This document shows, one piece after another, positions 18,392 to 26,190 of a stretch of 64,000 nt of DNA (its first letter is position 1; the number at the start of each line of letters is the position of its first letter). The notes beneath the pieces are model-generated. The model made no database searches. It was given only the letters and a program-made list of their open reading frames with translations, and was not told where the DNA came from. Origin of the DNA: an uncultured Candidatus Saccharibacteria bacterium (lineage in GTDB: Bacteria > Patescibacteriota > Saccharimonadia > Saccharimonadales > Saccharimonadaceae); contig CAMYUU010000001.1 of assembly GCA_947302355.1 (NCBI GenBank), forward strand, positions 465-64,464, in the 5' to 3' direction. Both the position numbers and the translations under genes were made by a program.

Positions 18392-18552
18392 TCCCACCTT
18401 TTTTAGGTGCCCTGTTAGCTCATTTTCCCCGTAATATATACAAGGTGGGTAAAATCTTATGCGATACGGCCACGGCCGTAAGCCACGAAATCCCTAAAAC
18501 AAGATTATTCAGGAAAATCTTGCCACCAACAGGGCTTACCATTATTATATCA
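18392..18552 (-). promoter_or_regulatory. promoter (TGATATAAT 18544-18552) plus ~145-nt structured leader with SD/anti-SD pairing
   Basis: SD AAGGTGGGA (18392-18400) is complementary to CCCACCUU (18442-18449). A further upstream GGUGG (18523-18527) could compete. Nested helices GUAAGCC/GGCUUAC, CAAGAUU/AAUCUUG, ACGGC/GCCGU. Confidence 0.4.
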
Positions 18553-18573
18553 TACCCTAGAAAAATAGACTAA

Positions 18574-19212
18574 TTATCGTCCCACTAACAGGTAAAAGAA
18601 GTTTAGTATACCATTAGTACCGTTGATCATCAGTGATGAAAAGATTTCACCAAAAAGAACTATCAGCGCATAGACAACGATAATGCCATAAGGCTCAATT
18701 TGAGATAAAATTTTACGTACAGCATCAGGTGCTATAGCATAAAGGACACGAGACCCGTCTAGGGGCGGAATTGGGATAAGATTAAACAGCATGAAGCCCA
18801 GATTGATAAAAACTAGCTCCGAAAAGATGAATTCTAAGATTTCTCCTCCCGACCCATATAGCCAGCCGGAAAAATGCCCGACTAGAAAAGACAAGAGTGC
18901 GAGGAGAAAATTTGTAAATGGGCCAGCAAGAGCCACAAGCGCCATTCCCCACTCGTGCCACTTCAATTTGTTATAGTCAACGGGGACTGGTTTGGCTCCA
19001 CCAAAAACTGGAGCCCCTATCATATATAGTAAGACTGGGACCAAGATAGACATAAATGGATCAATATGCTTAATAGGATTAAGGTCAAGTCGTCCGGCTT
19101 CTTTTGCGGTATCATCACCCAGCCAATAAGCAACTAGGCCGTGAGCCAGTTCGTGTAAAATAACTGAGCTCATCACTATAATTAATACTATTACTACGCC
19201 TAGTAAATTCAT
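18574..19212 (-). CDS. site-2 protease family (M50) membrane metalloprotease
   Basis: 212 aa. HELAHGLVAYWLGD (HExxH) in the first TM region; multiple TM helices; LDGSRVL. Confidence 0.85.
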   Translation of the reverse strand: MNLLGVVIVLIIVMSSVILHELAHGLVAYWLGDDTAKEAGRLDLNPIKHIDPFMSILVPVLLYMIGAPVFGGAKPVPVDYNKLKWHEWGMALVALAGPFTNFLLALLSFLVGHFSGWLYGSGGEILEFIFSELVFINLGFMLFNLIPIPPLDGSRVLYAIAPDAVRKILSQIEPYGIIVVYALIVLFGEIFSSLMINGTNGILNFFYLLVGR

Positions 19213-19213
19213 C

Positions 19214-19660
19214 TTAACTTAGGACAACTACTTCTTTAGCTACTGGAAGAGAATCAAGGCTTTTTACTTTAAGCTTTTTCTCGGTACGAGCCGTCAACTT
19301 GAGATCTGTCACCATGCCGTCAACGTTGCCCATCGCTACAATCAGCTTAGGCTCAATTTCTCTAATCGCACGAACAGAAGAAGTACACAGAATATCGGCT
19401 ACGATGTCGTCAAGGTTTTCTTCTATACCGCCAATGATGCCAATATGCACTCCGCTTATGTTTATATCATAGATGGTTTTTCCGCTTTCTGTAGCTATGC
19501 CCCTAATGGTGGCATCGCCAATTTCAAATTCACCGGGACCCATTATCTTCCCTACAGGTAAGTCGGCATCTATACTGGCTTCTGCTATATCTATTTTGAT
19601 TGTGGTCTTTTTAGTAATTAATGTAATTTCGTCTGGGTTTTTGCTCTCAATTTCAAACAT
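19214..19660 (-). CDS. hypothetical protein (possibly a degenerate MBL-fold fragment)
   Basis: 148 aa. GPGEFEIGDATIRGI resembles UPF0173/MBL-fold proteins, but no His motif is seen. Confidence 0.35.
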   Translation of the reverse strand: MFEIESKNPDEITLITKKTTIKIDIAEASIDADLPVGKIMGPGEFEIGDATIRGIATESGKTIYDINISGVHIGIIGGIEENLDDIVADILCTSSVRAIREIEPKLIVAMGNVDGMVTDLKLTARTEKKLKVKSLDSLPVAKEVVVLS

Positions 19661-19668
19661 GATGACTC

Positions 19669-20274
19669 CTATTCTTTTATGATTTTGTCTGGATCGATTA
19701 TTTCGGTAATTTCCATTTCTAATACTTCATAGATGAAGCGATCGCGTACGCTCTTGCGATAAGTAAAATCGTCAGGAGACATAATAACGTAGTTGATTGG
19801 CTTTCCCTGCTTTTTTTCGATTAGCTCCGCCCAGCGCGTGAGCTTCTTGGTTTTATCGTTACCAATAATCAATAAATCAATACCATCCTGGCCGGGAAGG
19901 CGATTCGTAACGACTAGGCCTTTGAGATAGTTTTTGACAGGACGACTGTACGTTTCCCATGTGGATTCGTGCACTTCTTTTTCTTTAGCTGTATTAATTT
20001 TTTTCGAAAAGATGTCTATAAGTGGGCGATAGAAAGGATGTTTGTTGTTGGCTGAATAATAAACTTTATTGTCGAATGTGTCACTCTTAATAATGCCGAT
20101 ACCTTCGAGATTCAATAGTTCTCTTCTGACTGAGTTGATCTGTTCGTCAATTACCCTTGTCATTTCTCGAACGTAAAAAGATTTGGTAGGGTTTTCAAAA
20201 AATAAACGTAGCAGCTTTGCTCTTGTCTTCGAGCCGAATAATTTTTCTGTGGGTGTATTAGTTACTTTGCTCAT
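19669..20274 (-). CDS. winged-helix transcriptional regulator with nucleotidyltransferase-like C-terminal half
   Basis: 201 aa. KTRAKLLRLFFENPTKSFYVREMTRVIDEQINSVRRELLNLEGIGII is a wHTH. C-terminal GQDGIDLLIIG is minimal-NTase-like. Confidence 0.55.
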   Translation of the reverse strand: MSKVTNTPTEKLFGSKTRAKLLRLFFENPTKSFYVREMTRVIDEQINSVRRELLNLEGIGIIKSDTFDNKVYYSANNKHPFYRPLIDIFSKKINTAKEKEVHESTWETYSRPVKNYLKGLVVTNRLPGQDGIDLLIIGNDKTKKLTRWAELIEKKQGKPINYVIMSPDDFTYRKSVRDRFIYEVLEMEITEIIDPDKIIKE

Positions 20275-21136
20275 TCTGGATATATTTTATCACGAATGAA
20301 TAAATTTTATCAAGTTCTAGCCAAATTATATTATCGTTTCTTTTAAACCATGTAAGCTGTCTTTTGGCCAAGTGCCAATCTTCATAAAAGCACTTTTCCT
20401 TTGCCTCTTCTAAACTCAGTTCGCCTTGCATGTATCGCCAAGCGAATTCATAAATATCACTTTTCATGGCACCGTTTTCCCAGCCGTATTTTTGAACAAG
20501 TTTATTAACCTCGTCGTATAGTTCTGGGCGGAACATTCGAGTAATTCTTTTATACAGTCTGTTACGCAGTTCAGGTGTTGACCACTTAATACCAATCAGT
20601 AAATAATTGCCTTTTATCTCTTTACGGTCTGAACAAGTTTTTTGTTCAAAGTCACCAATTTTCTCTCCTGTCGGCCCTTTGAACTGATAATCGTAGATAA
20701 GCGCATCGATGTAGAGCCCAGTGCCGCCAACTATAATTGGGACCTTGCCACGAGCTCTAATGTCTTTAATTTTATCTTCAGTATATCGCTTCCAGTCGGC
20801 TACCGTAAATCTTTCGCCAGGTTCGACTAAATCTAGTCCGTAATGCGTTATTCCTTGTTGCTCTTCCCTGGTGGGTTTAGCTGTACCAATATCCATGCCT
20901 TTATAAATAGCTCTGGAATCGGCGGAGATTATTTCCCCATCCAGTGCTTTTGCAATCTTGATTGAGACGCCGGTCTTGCCAGAGCCCGTAGGACCTAAAA
21001 TAACAATTGTGGGTATAGCCGAACAATACCTTTCAGGGGACGCTTCGTCGCGCCCGTCGTTACGGGGCTCCTCGCTTAGTTGCTCCCCGTTGGTCGCAAA
21101 AGCCCCTGAAAAGGTATTATTCTGGTTATCTTTCAT
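20258..21136 (-). CDS. miaA: tRNA dimethylallyltransferase
   Basis: 292 aa with VILGPTGSGKTGVSIKIAKALDGEIISADSRAIYKGMDIGTAKPT. The ~40-aa N-terminal extension is encoded by repeat copy C. Confidence 0.93.
   Translation of the reverse strand: MKDNQNNTFSGAFATNGEQLSEEPRNDGRDEASPERYCSAIPTIVILGPTGSGKTGVSIKIAKALDGEIISADSRAIYKGMDIGTAKPTREEQQGITHYGLDLVEPGERFTVADWKRYTEDKIKDIRARGKVPIIVGGTGLYIDALIYDYQFKGPTGEKIGDFEQKTCSDRKEIKGNYLLIGIKWSTPELRNRLYKRITRMFRPELYDEVNKLVQKYGWENGAMKSDIYEFAWRYMQGELSLEEAKEKCFYEDWHLAKRQLTWFKRNDNIIWLELDKIYSFVIKYIQNEQSN
21025..21118. repeat. GC-rich palindromic mini-element, family 1 copy C (diverged; inside miaA codons ~7-37)
   Basis: Core 21034-21108 (75 nt) shares CGCTTCGTCG..CCCGTCG..ACGGGGCTC..CTCGC with copies A, B and D. 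Outer inverted repeat AATACCTTTCAGGGG / CCCCTGAAAAGGTATT. Confidence 0.7.
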
Positions 21137-21137
21137 C

Positions 21138-22883
21138 TTATTTTAGCTTTTTGAGGTAGTCTGCGAGTTTAGAGAGTTTAACTTTCTCTTCTTTGTCGCG
21201 GAGGCGAATGGAAACAACCTTTTCTTCGGCGTCTTTTGGACCAACTACAAAGACTGCTGGGATTTTCATTTCGGTAGCACGTCTAATTTTCTTCCCTAGT
21301 GAATCAGCTGAATCGTCAACGGTGTATCTTAACTCATTATATTTAAGAGGCTTGTCGAGGACCACCTTGTCTAATACGTCAGTGATTTTTGTGACATAGT
21401 CGCTGACCTTGTCGTTTACAGTAACGATGCGGACTTGTTCTGGTGCACACCAGAATGGGAACCAGCCACCGGTGTGCTCAATAAATACTGACAAGAAGCG
21501 TTCAATTGAACCGAGCGTAGCGTGGTGAATCATGACTGGGCGCTCTTTTTCGCCTTTGCTGTTAGTAAATTCTAGACCAAAACGCTCTGGCTGGACAAAG
21601 TCTAGCTGAATAGTGGCAAGCTGGTGTTCACGACCAATAGCGTCTTCGGCCATGAAGTCGATCTTTGGTCCATAAAAGGCCGCTTCACCTTCCTGTTCGA
21701 AATAATCTAGGCCATTATCGATGGCAGCTTGCTTTATTTGCTCCTGAGCCATTGTCCAGAGCTTTTTATCACCTAAGTATTTGTCTTCGTCAGAACGATA
21801 TGACAACCTAGCGCGAAGCTTTTGCATACCGACGGTTTCGTAGAGCTCTTTAACAATACCAACGAGTCTCTTAACTTCTTCTTTGATTTGGTCGTTACGG
21901 CAAAAAACGTGTGAATCATCTTGGGTCAAAGAGCGTACACGAGAGAGGCCACCGAGCTCACCGGTCTTTTCGTCGCGGTAATCCGTAGTAGCTTCCATAT
22001 ATCGTACTGGCATGTCACGATAGGTACGCGGCCTAGAAGCAAAGATCTGTGCGTGGTGAGGGCAGTTCATTGGCTTCATGGCAAAATCTTCACCATTAAC
22101 TTGGGAATGAACCATAAATAATTCATCGCCAAATTTTGCATAGTGACCAGAAGTTTTATAGAGATCAGTTTTAGTAATATGTGGGGTCCAAACTTTTTTG
22201 AATCCTTCCCTGCCGCGAAGACTGAGCGAATAATTAGCCATTAGTTCGCGAAGTTCGGTACCGCGCGGAGTAAACAGTGGCAAACCTGCACCAACTAAAT
22301 CAGAGAAACAGAAAAGATCTAACTCTTTTCCTAATTTGCGGTGATCGCGAGCCTTAGCCTCTTCTTGACGTTTTAGATATTCATCAAGTTCGGTTTCAGT
22401 TGCAAAAGCTACACCGTAAATACGAGTGAGCATTTCCCTCTTCTCGTCGCCGCGCCAGTAGGCACCGGCTACACGAATAAGCTTAAAAAAGCCAACTTCT
22501 GAAGTGTTTTTTACGTGAGGACCCTTGCACAAATCAGTAAATAAATCGCCCATATCATAAAAGGAGATTTCAGAATCTTCCGGGAGATCTTCGATTAGTT
22601 CAATCTTGTACTTTTGATTATTGTCTCGCGCCCAGTCTAGGGCTTCGATTTTAGATACAACGCGTTTTTCCATTGGTAATTTGCGGGAAACGATAGCGTG
22701 CATGCGTTTTTCGATTTTAGATAAATCTGTGTCGGAGATTTTAGTTTTGCCAAAATCAATATCGTAGTAAAAGCCATTGTCTATAGCGGGACCGATGCCG
22801 AAGGCTACGTCTGGGTAGAGTTCGCGCACGGCGGCGGCAAGTATATGACTTAAGGTATGACGCATTTTTTCTAGATCTTTCAT
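21138..22883 (-). CDS. thrS: threonine--tRNA ligase (lacks N-terminal TGS domain)
   Basis: 581 aa. Starts in the editing domain (HTLSHILAAAVRELYPDVAFGIGPAIDNGFYYDIDF). Class II core and anticodon-binding domain present. Confidence 0.95.
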   Translation of the reverse strand: MKDLEKMRHTLSHILAAAVRELYPDVAFGIGPAIDNGFYYDIDFGKTKISDTDLSKIEKRMHAIVSRKLPMEKRVVSKIEALDWARDNNQKYKIELIEDLPEDSEISFYDMGDLFTDLCKGPHVKNTSEVGFFKLIRVAGAYWRGDEKREMLTRIYGVAFATETELDEYLKRQEEAKARDHRKLGKELDLFCFSDLVGAGLPLFTPRGTELRELMANYSLSLRGREGFKKVWTPHITKTDLYKTSGHYAKFGDELFMVHSQVNGEDFAMKPMNCPHHAQIFASRPRTYRDMPVRYMEATTDYRDEKTGELGGLSRVRSLTQDDSHVFCRNDQIKEEVKRLVGIVKELYETVGMQKLRARLSYRSDEDKYLGDKKLWTMAQEQIKQAAIDNGLDYFEQEGEAAFYGPKIDFMAEDAIGREHQLATIQLDFVQPERFGLEFTNSKGEKERPVMIHHATLGSIERFLSVFIEHTGGWFPFWCAPEQVRIVTVNDKVSDYVTKITDVLDKVVLDKPLKYNELRYTVDDSADSLGKKIRRATEMKIPAVFVVGPKDAEEKVVSIRLRDKEEKVKLSKLADYLKKLK

Positions 22884-22944
22884 TTTATCTCCCTGTTTTA
22901 CTGTACTATATAATTATAGCACAAGAGAATAGATTAGGGTTTGA

Positions 22945-23604
22945 CTATTTTTTCTTAAAGTTACTGCGAATCTTGAGTGCGTGGCAGGTTTCTCTAAGAG
23001 CGTCGCTGAAGCTGCTATGTAGCCGCACTTTACAGCTGAATGCCTTCTCCAAATCAGACTTAATATCCTCCAACTGAGCGCAAGCCAAGATCACTCCGGT
23101 TGGGTGAAAGTTTTTTGCGAAGGTGAATTTACTGATTGTAACCTTGATTTCGTCAAGTGATAATTCCCCATCGTCAATTTTAGCTGGCCACGAATCAATC
23201 GTCATTGTGACTGTATGTCTTTTAAGCTGGCGCATAAATTTATGATATTTGATAGAACGCGATAGTGCTGTAGTGGTCAAAATTAGTATTTCTTGATCAA
23301 CATAAGTATCTGGATATTTTAAATTAAGCCCGATGAATTTTTGGTTTTTGTACTTCTGTCTAAAATAATTAAGGCTGGTCACCGACAAAAGGTGATTGGC
23401 AAAGATAATAAGGTCGACCTTATTGATATATGGCCTTAGGGCTTCTAGGGCGGCTTGCCTAGCAGTTCTGGTGCTTTTTAGGATTTCTTCCGCGTGTCGC
23501 CAATCTATCACCCTAATTACTTCGATGATAGGCAATTCCTGCTCCAATAAGTCTGCAAACACTTCCCCGCCATACCCACTATCAAAAACTACAACTTTTA
23601 GCAT
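22945..23604 (-). CDS. Asp/Glu racemase-fold protein (MurI-like, atypical)
   Basis: 219 aa. VVVFDSGYGGEVF resembles MurI FDSGVGG. The first catalytic-Cys position reads IIFANHLL (no Cys); the second reads VILACAQLE. Confidence 0.4.
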   Translation of the reverse strand: MLKVVVFDSGYGGEVFADLLEQELPIIEVIRVIDWRHAEEILKSTRTARQAALEALRPYINKVDLIIFANHLLSVTSLNYFRQKYKNQKFIGLNLKYPDTYVDQEILILTTTALSRSIKYHKFMRQLKRHTVTMTIDSWPAKIDDGELSLDEIKVTISKFTFAKNFHPTGVILACAQLEDIKSDLEKAFSCKVRLHSSFSDALRETCHALKIRSNFKKK

Positions 23605-23784
23605 TTAACTCCCTTTCTCCTCCGTTCGCCTGATTTTAACATACCGATAAGAGAAAGAAATTGCAAGATACGGAGTTTCGGGAGATTTCTCCCGTAAATC
23701 CCAAAATAGCCACAAAAACCGTCTTTAGTTTTTGAAGCACTATGCCAAATTCTGCATGTCCAGACACGCCCAAATACGCAGATG

Positions 23785-23813
23785 TTGACGCGGGTCGTAA
23801 GGTGTTATATAAT
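23785..23813 (+). promoter_or_regulatory. consensus sigma-70 promoter TTGACG-17 nt-TATAAT
   Basis: TTGACG 23785-23790, 17-nt spacer, TATAAT 23808-23813; about 60 nt upstream of ORF 23875. Confidence 0.55.
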
Positions 23814-23874
23814 TACGTGATCATCGGTAGCAGAGGTCTATTCGATAGCAACTTATCACGAGAAACGGAATGAG

Positions 23875-24384
23875 GTGAGTAACTTGAAAAACGTTGGTAA
23901 GGTAGCTAAACTATTGTCCGAGTTTGATATGAAGGGGGTGACTAGTTGTACTGTGAACGTCTACTTCCGCCTGAAGGAACACGAGCAATTGAGGGGTAGC
24001 GAACTAAGCTACCCACACCAGGGCGGTCTTGACTTTCTAGCATGGGATGAAGACCAATGGGAGGCCTACATCAACGGCAGGTGTGAAGTTCTTCGGGACC
24101 TAGAACCGGTAAGTATCGACGCCATACAAGTAAGTTTCCGCTTAGGCGATGATTCGCGCGCCCCAAGCTATTGTGTTGAGGCGAGAGATTTGTCGCAGGG
24201 GGGGAGGTTCAATAGGGTAGTATTCACAAATCCTCCCAAGGCAGACAGGTACCTAACGGCTAAAGAGTCAGAAGAGATGCGTGGCGTATTGGCTGTCGCC
24301 GAATATAGTGACAGTGTCTCCATAATGGAGAGGCGAAGGCGCCGCATGATTGGGGATGATCTCCCAGAGGCCATGACTCTTTAG
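23875..24384 (+). CDS. hypothetical protein (orphan, elevated G+C)
   Basis: 169-aa ORF (GTG 23875; alternative TTG 23884 after a GAGGTGA SD). Own promoter and strong terminator. No family recognised. Confidence 0.5.
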   Translation: MSNLKNVGKVAKLLSEFDMKGVTSCTVNVYFRLKEHEQLRGSELSYPHQGGLDFLAWDEDQWEAYINGRCEVLRDLEPVSIDAIQVSFRLGDDSRAPSYCVEARDLSQGGRFNRVVFTNPPKADRYLTAKESEEMRGVLAVAEYSDSVSIMERRRRRMIGDDLPEAMTL

Positions 24385-24410
24385 AACACTTCATTACAGT
24401 TCCCTTACTA

Positions 24411-24451
24411 CCCCGGCCTTACACATCAGAAGTGTGTGGGGCTGGGGTTTT
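24411..24451 (+). terminator. intrinsic terminator
   Basis: CCCCGGCCTTACACA-TCAGAAG-TGTGTGGGGCTGGGG-TTTT. Confidence 0.65.
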
Positions 24452-24582
24452 AGCTTTTGTCATATTCTATCAGAATAAAAATAAGTCCCCTTGGGACTTC
24501 TTTTTATTACTGGTGGGGCTCAATTAACCAGGTTTTAACAGCATACCGACTGGATGCATATATGGGATTTAAAGGGGTTTTA

Positions 24583-24591
24583 TGATACAAT
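24583..24591 (+). promoter_or_regulatory. extended -10 box (TGATACAAT) 7 nt from ATG 24599; predicted leaderless start
   Basis: TGATACAAT-AAAAAAC-ATG. Confidence 0.45.
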
Positions 24592-24598
24592 AAAAAAC

Positions 24599-25129
24599 AT
24601 GAAAACGTTATTTAATATTGATTTAAAAGATTATAACCCAGATGGAAAAAAGTTTTATCGTCCATCAGTTCGAGGCATAATTTTTGACGACGATAATAAT
24701 ATCGCAATGATTTATAGTAAAAAATATCATTATTATAAATTCCCTGGTGGCGGAATGGAAGAAGGCGAAACTCAACTTGAAACCTTGGCTAGAGAGATAA
24801 AAGAAGAAACTGGTATGACTCTTGTCCCAGGTTCCGCCAAAGAATTTGGTGAAGTTGTAAGAACCCAAAAATATAGCACCGAAGAGGATGATGACACAAT
24901 CTTTGTTCAGCAAAACTTTTATTACACTTGTGAAGTTGAAAAAGAAATAGGCGAACAGAATTTAGACGACAGCGAAAAAGAAGCAGAGTTTGTTTTGACT
25001 TTCGTACCAATAGATAAGGCTATAAAGGCTAATGCGTCATTCAAAACCGACAAAGGCCCAGCAAAAGAGCAGATGGTGGAACGCGAAAAGAGAGTTTTAG
25101 AGATAATAAAAAACACACTTTTACTTTAA
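24599..25129 (+). CDS. Nudix hydrolase
   Basis: ORF track 24554..25129; ATG 24599 preferred because of the -10 box. Nudix box GGGMEEGETQLETLAREIKEETGM. Confidence 0.8.
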   Translation: MKTLFNIDLKDYNPDGKKFYRPSVRGIIFDDDNNIAMIYSKKYHYYKFPGGGMEEGETQLETLAREIKEETGMTLVPGSAKEFGEVVRTQKYSTEEDDDTIFVQQNFYYTCEVEKEIGEQNLDDSEKEAEFVLTFVPIDKAIKANASFKTDKGPAKEQMVEREKRVLEIIKNTLLL

Positions 25130-25260
25130 ATATCCATTGAGGAAATTAATCAAGCAGTCAAAATATATATAAGTGTTTATAAAAACCTGCGCTTAATTGT
25201 TAGGGATTTAACAGACATTTACAGGTTACAGAATAGCTAAAAAGTTTTTTATAACCCGTA

Positions 25261-25400
25261 TGGTGGGTGATGAGGGGCTAGGATTTGCTTCGCAAATCCT
25301 TCCGTTCCTCCTCGCTCGAAGAATCTAGAATATTATTCTAGATTCTTGCTCGCTTCGTCGTCCGGTCGAACCCTACGGGATTCTCGCTCCTCACCTACAG
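25261..25400. repeat. ~140-nt imperfect palindrome: duplicated tRNA-Val 3' end + family 1 copy D
   Basis: 25261-25279 is an exact copy of tRNA-Val 3' end 25439-25457. Central hairpin AAGAATCTAGAATA-T-TATTCTAGATTCTT (25319-25347). 25348-25400 (GCTCGCTTCGTCGTCCGGTCGAACCCTACGGGATTCTCGCTCCTCACC) is related to copies A-C. Confidence 0.75.
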
Positions 25401-25409
25401 GAATTAAAT

Positions 25410-25429
25410 AAAGACCCTTCGGGTCTTTC
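25410..25429. terminator. hairpin terminator downstream of tRNA-Val
   Basis: AAAGACCC-TTCG-GGGTCTTT with T/A-rich flanks on both strands. Confidence 0.55.
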
Positions 25430-25438
25430 TTCAATTTC

Positions 25439-25515
25439 TGGTGGGTGATGAGGGGCTCGAACCCCCGACCTTCTCGGTGTAAACGAGACGCTCTAGCCAA
25501 CTGAGCTAATCACCC
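25439..25515 (-). tRNA. tRNA-Val (anticodon UAC), CCA encoded
   Basis: GGGTGATTAGCTCAGTTGGCTAGAGCGTCTCGTTTACACCGAGAAGGTCGGGGGTTCGAGCCCCTCATCACCCACCA. Cloverleaf folds by hand; anticodon loop UUUACAC. Confidence 0.92.
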
Positions 25516-25576
25516 ACTTCATATAAGTATACCATATTTTGTAAAAAAATGATACAATGAGACAAACGGAGGTAAA

Positions 25577-26188
25577 ATGAGGTTTCAAAACTATGCAAGG
25601 GTGGCACGACTTGCGGCGGGCGCCAGCTTATTAATTGGGCTAGGTGACTTTGTGTTATTAAAAATAGGCGAGCCAATTGGCCCGTTTTTGTTTGCTTTTG
25701 GGCTAATGGGGGTATGTGCCTTAGGGCTCAATCTGTTCACTGGTAAGTGTGGGTTCATATTTGAAGATGGGATAAAGCTAGTTGACATTCTTATTATCCT
25801 AATAATTAATCTAATTTTCGGTTATTTAGTAGGAGCGATGTTTGGATTAATTGATGACGGTGTACTTGTGGCTGCAAGTGCGAAAGTGGCTGGCTGGGAA
25901 TGCTCGGGAGAATTCTTCTTAAAATCCGTACTGTGTGGTGCCATAATGTACCTAGCTGTGGCGATTTATCGTAAAGGATCACCAATTGGGATACTGCTAG
26001 GAGTGCCACTTTTTATCTTTTGTGGTTTTCAGCACTCAATTGCAAATGCTATTACGATGGGTGTAGCTTTAAGCTTTAGTTGGTCAATAATAGTTTGTGT
26101 AGCCGGTAATCTGGTAGGCGCATTAGTAGCATGGTTAATTTGTACTCCTAAGCTAATTAGTACCACAAAAGCTGAAGAACAAAAATAG
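25577..26188 (+). CDS. formate/nitrite transporter (FNT) family membrane protein, short form
   Basis: 203 aa, about 6 TM helices. CGFQHSIANAITMG matches the FNT signature (GFEHSIANM). GGAGG SD 8 nt upstream, so it has a leader. Confidence 0.55.
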   Translation: MRFQNYARVARLAAGASLLIGLGDFVLLKIGEPIGPFLFAFGLMGVCALGLNLFTGKCGFIFEDGIKLVDILIILIINLIFGYLVGAMFGLIDDGVLVAASAKVAGWECSGEFFLKSVLCGAIMYLAVAIYRKGSPIGILLGVPLFIFCGFQHSIANAITMGVALSFSWSIIVCVAGNLVGALVAWLICTPKLISTTKAEEQK

Positions 26189-26190
26189 TA

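Noticed and set aside
24512-24521. TGGTGGGGCT resembling a tRNA 3' end (possible second att remnant next to the 23875 orphan gene)
   Set aside because: It is only about 10-11 nt long and needs an internal deletion to match tRNA-Val. That is too short to distinguish from chance.
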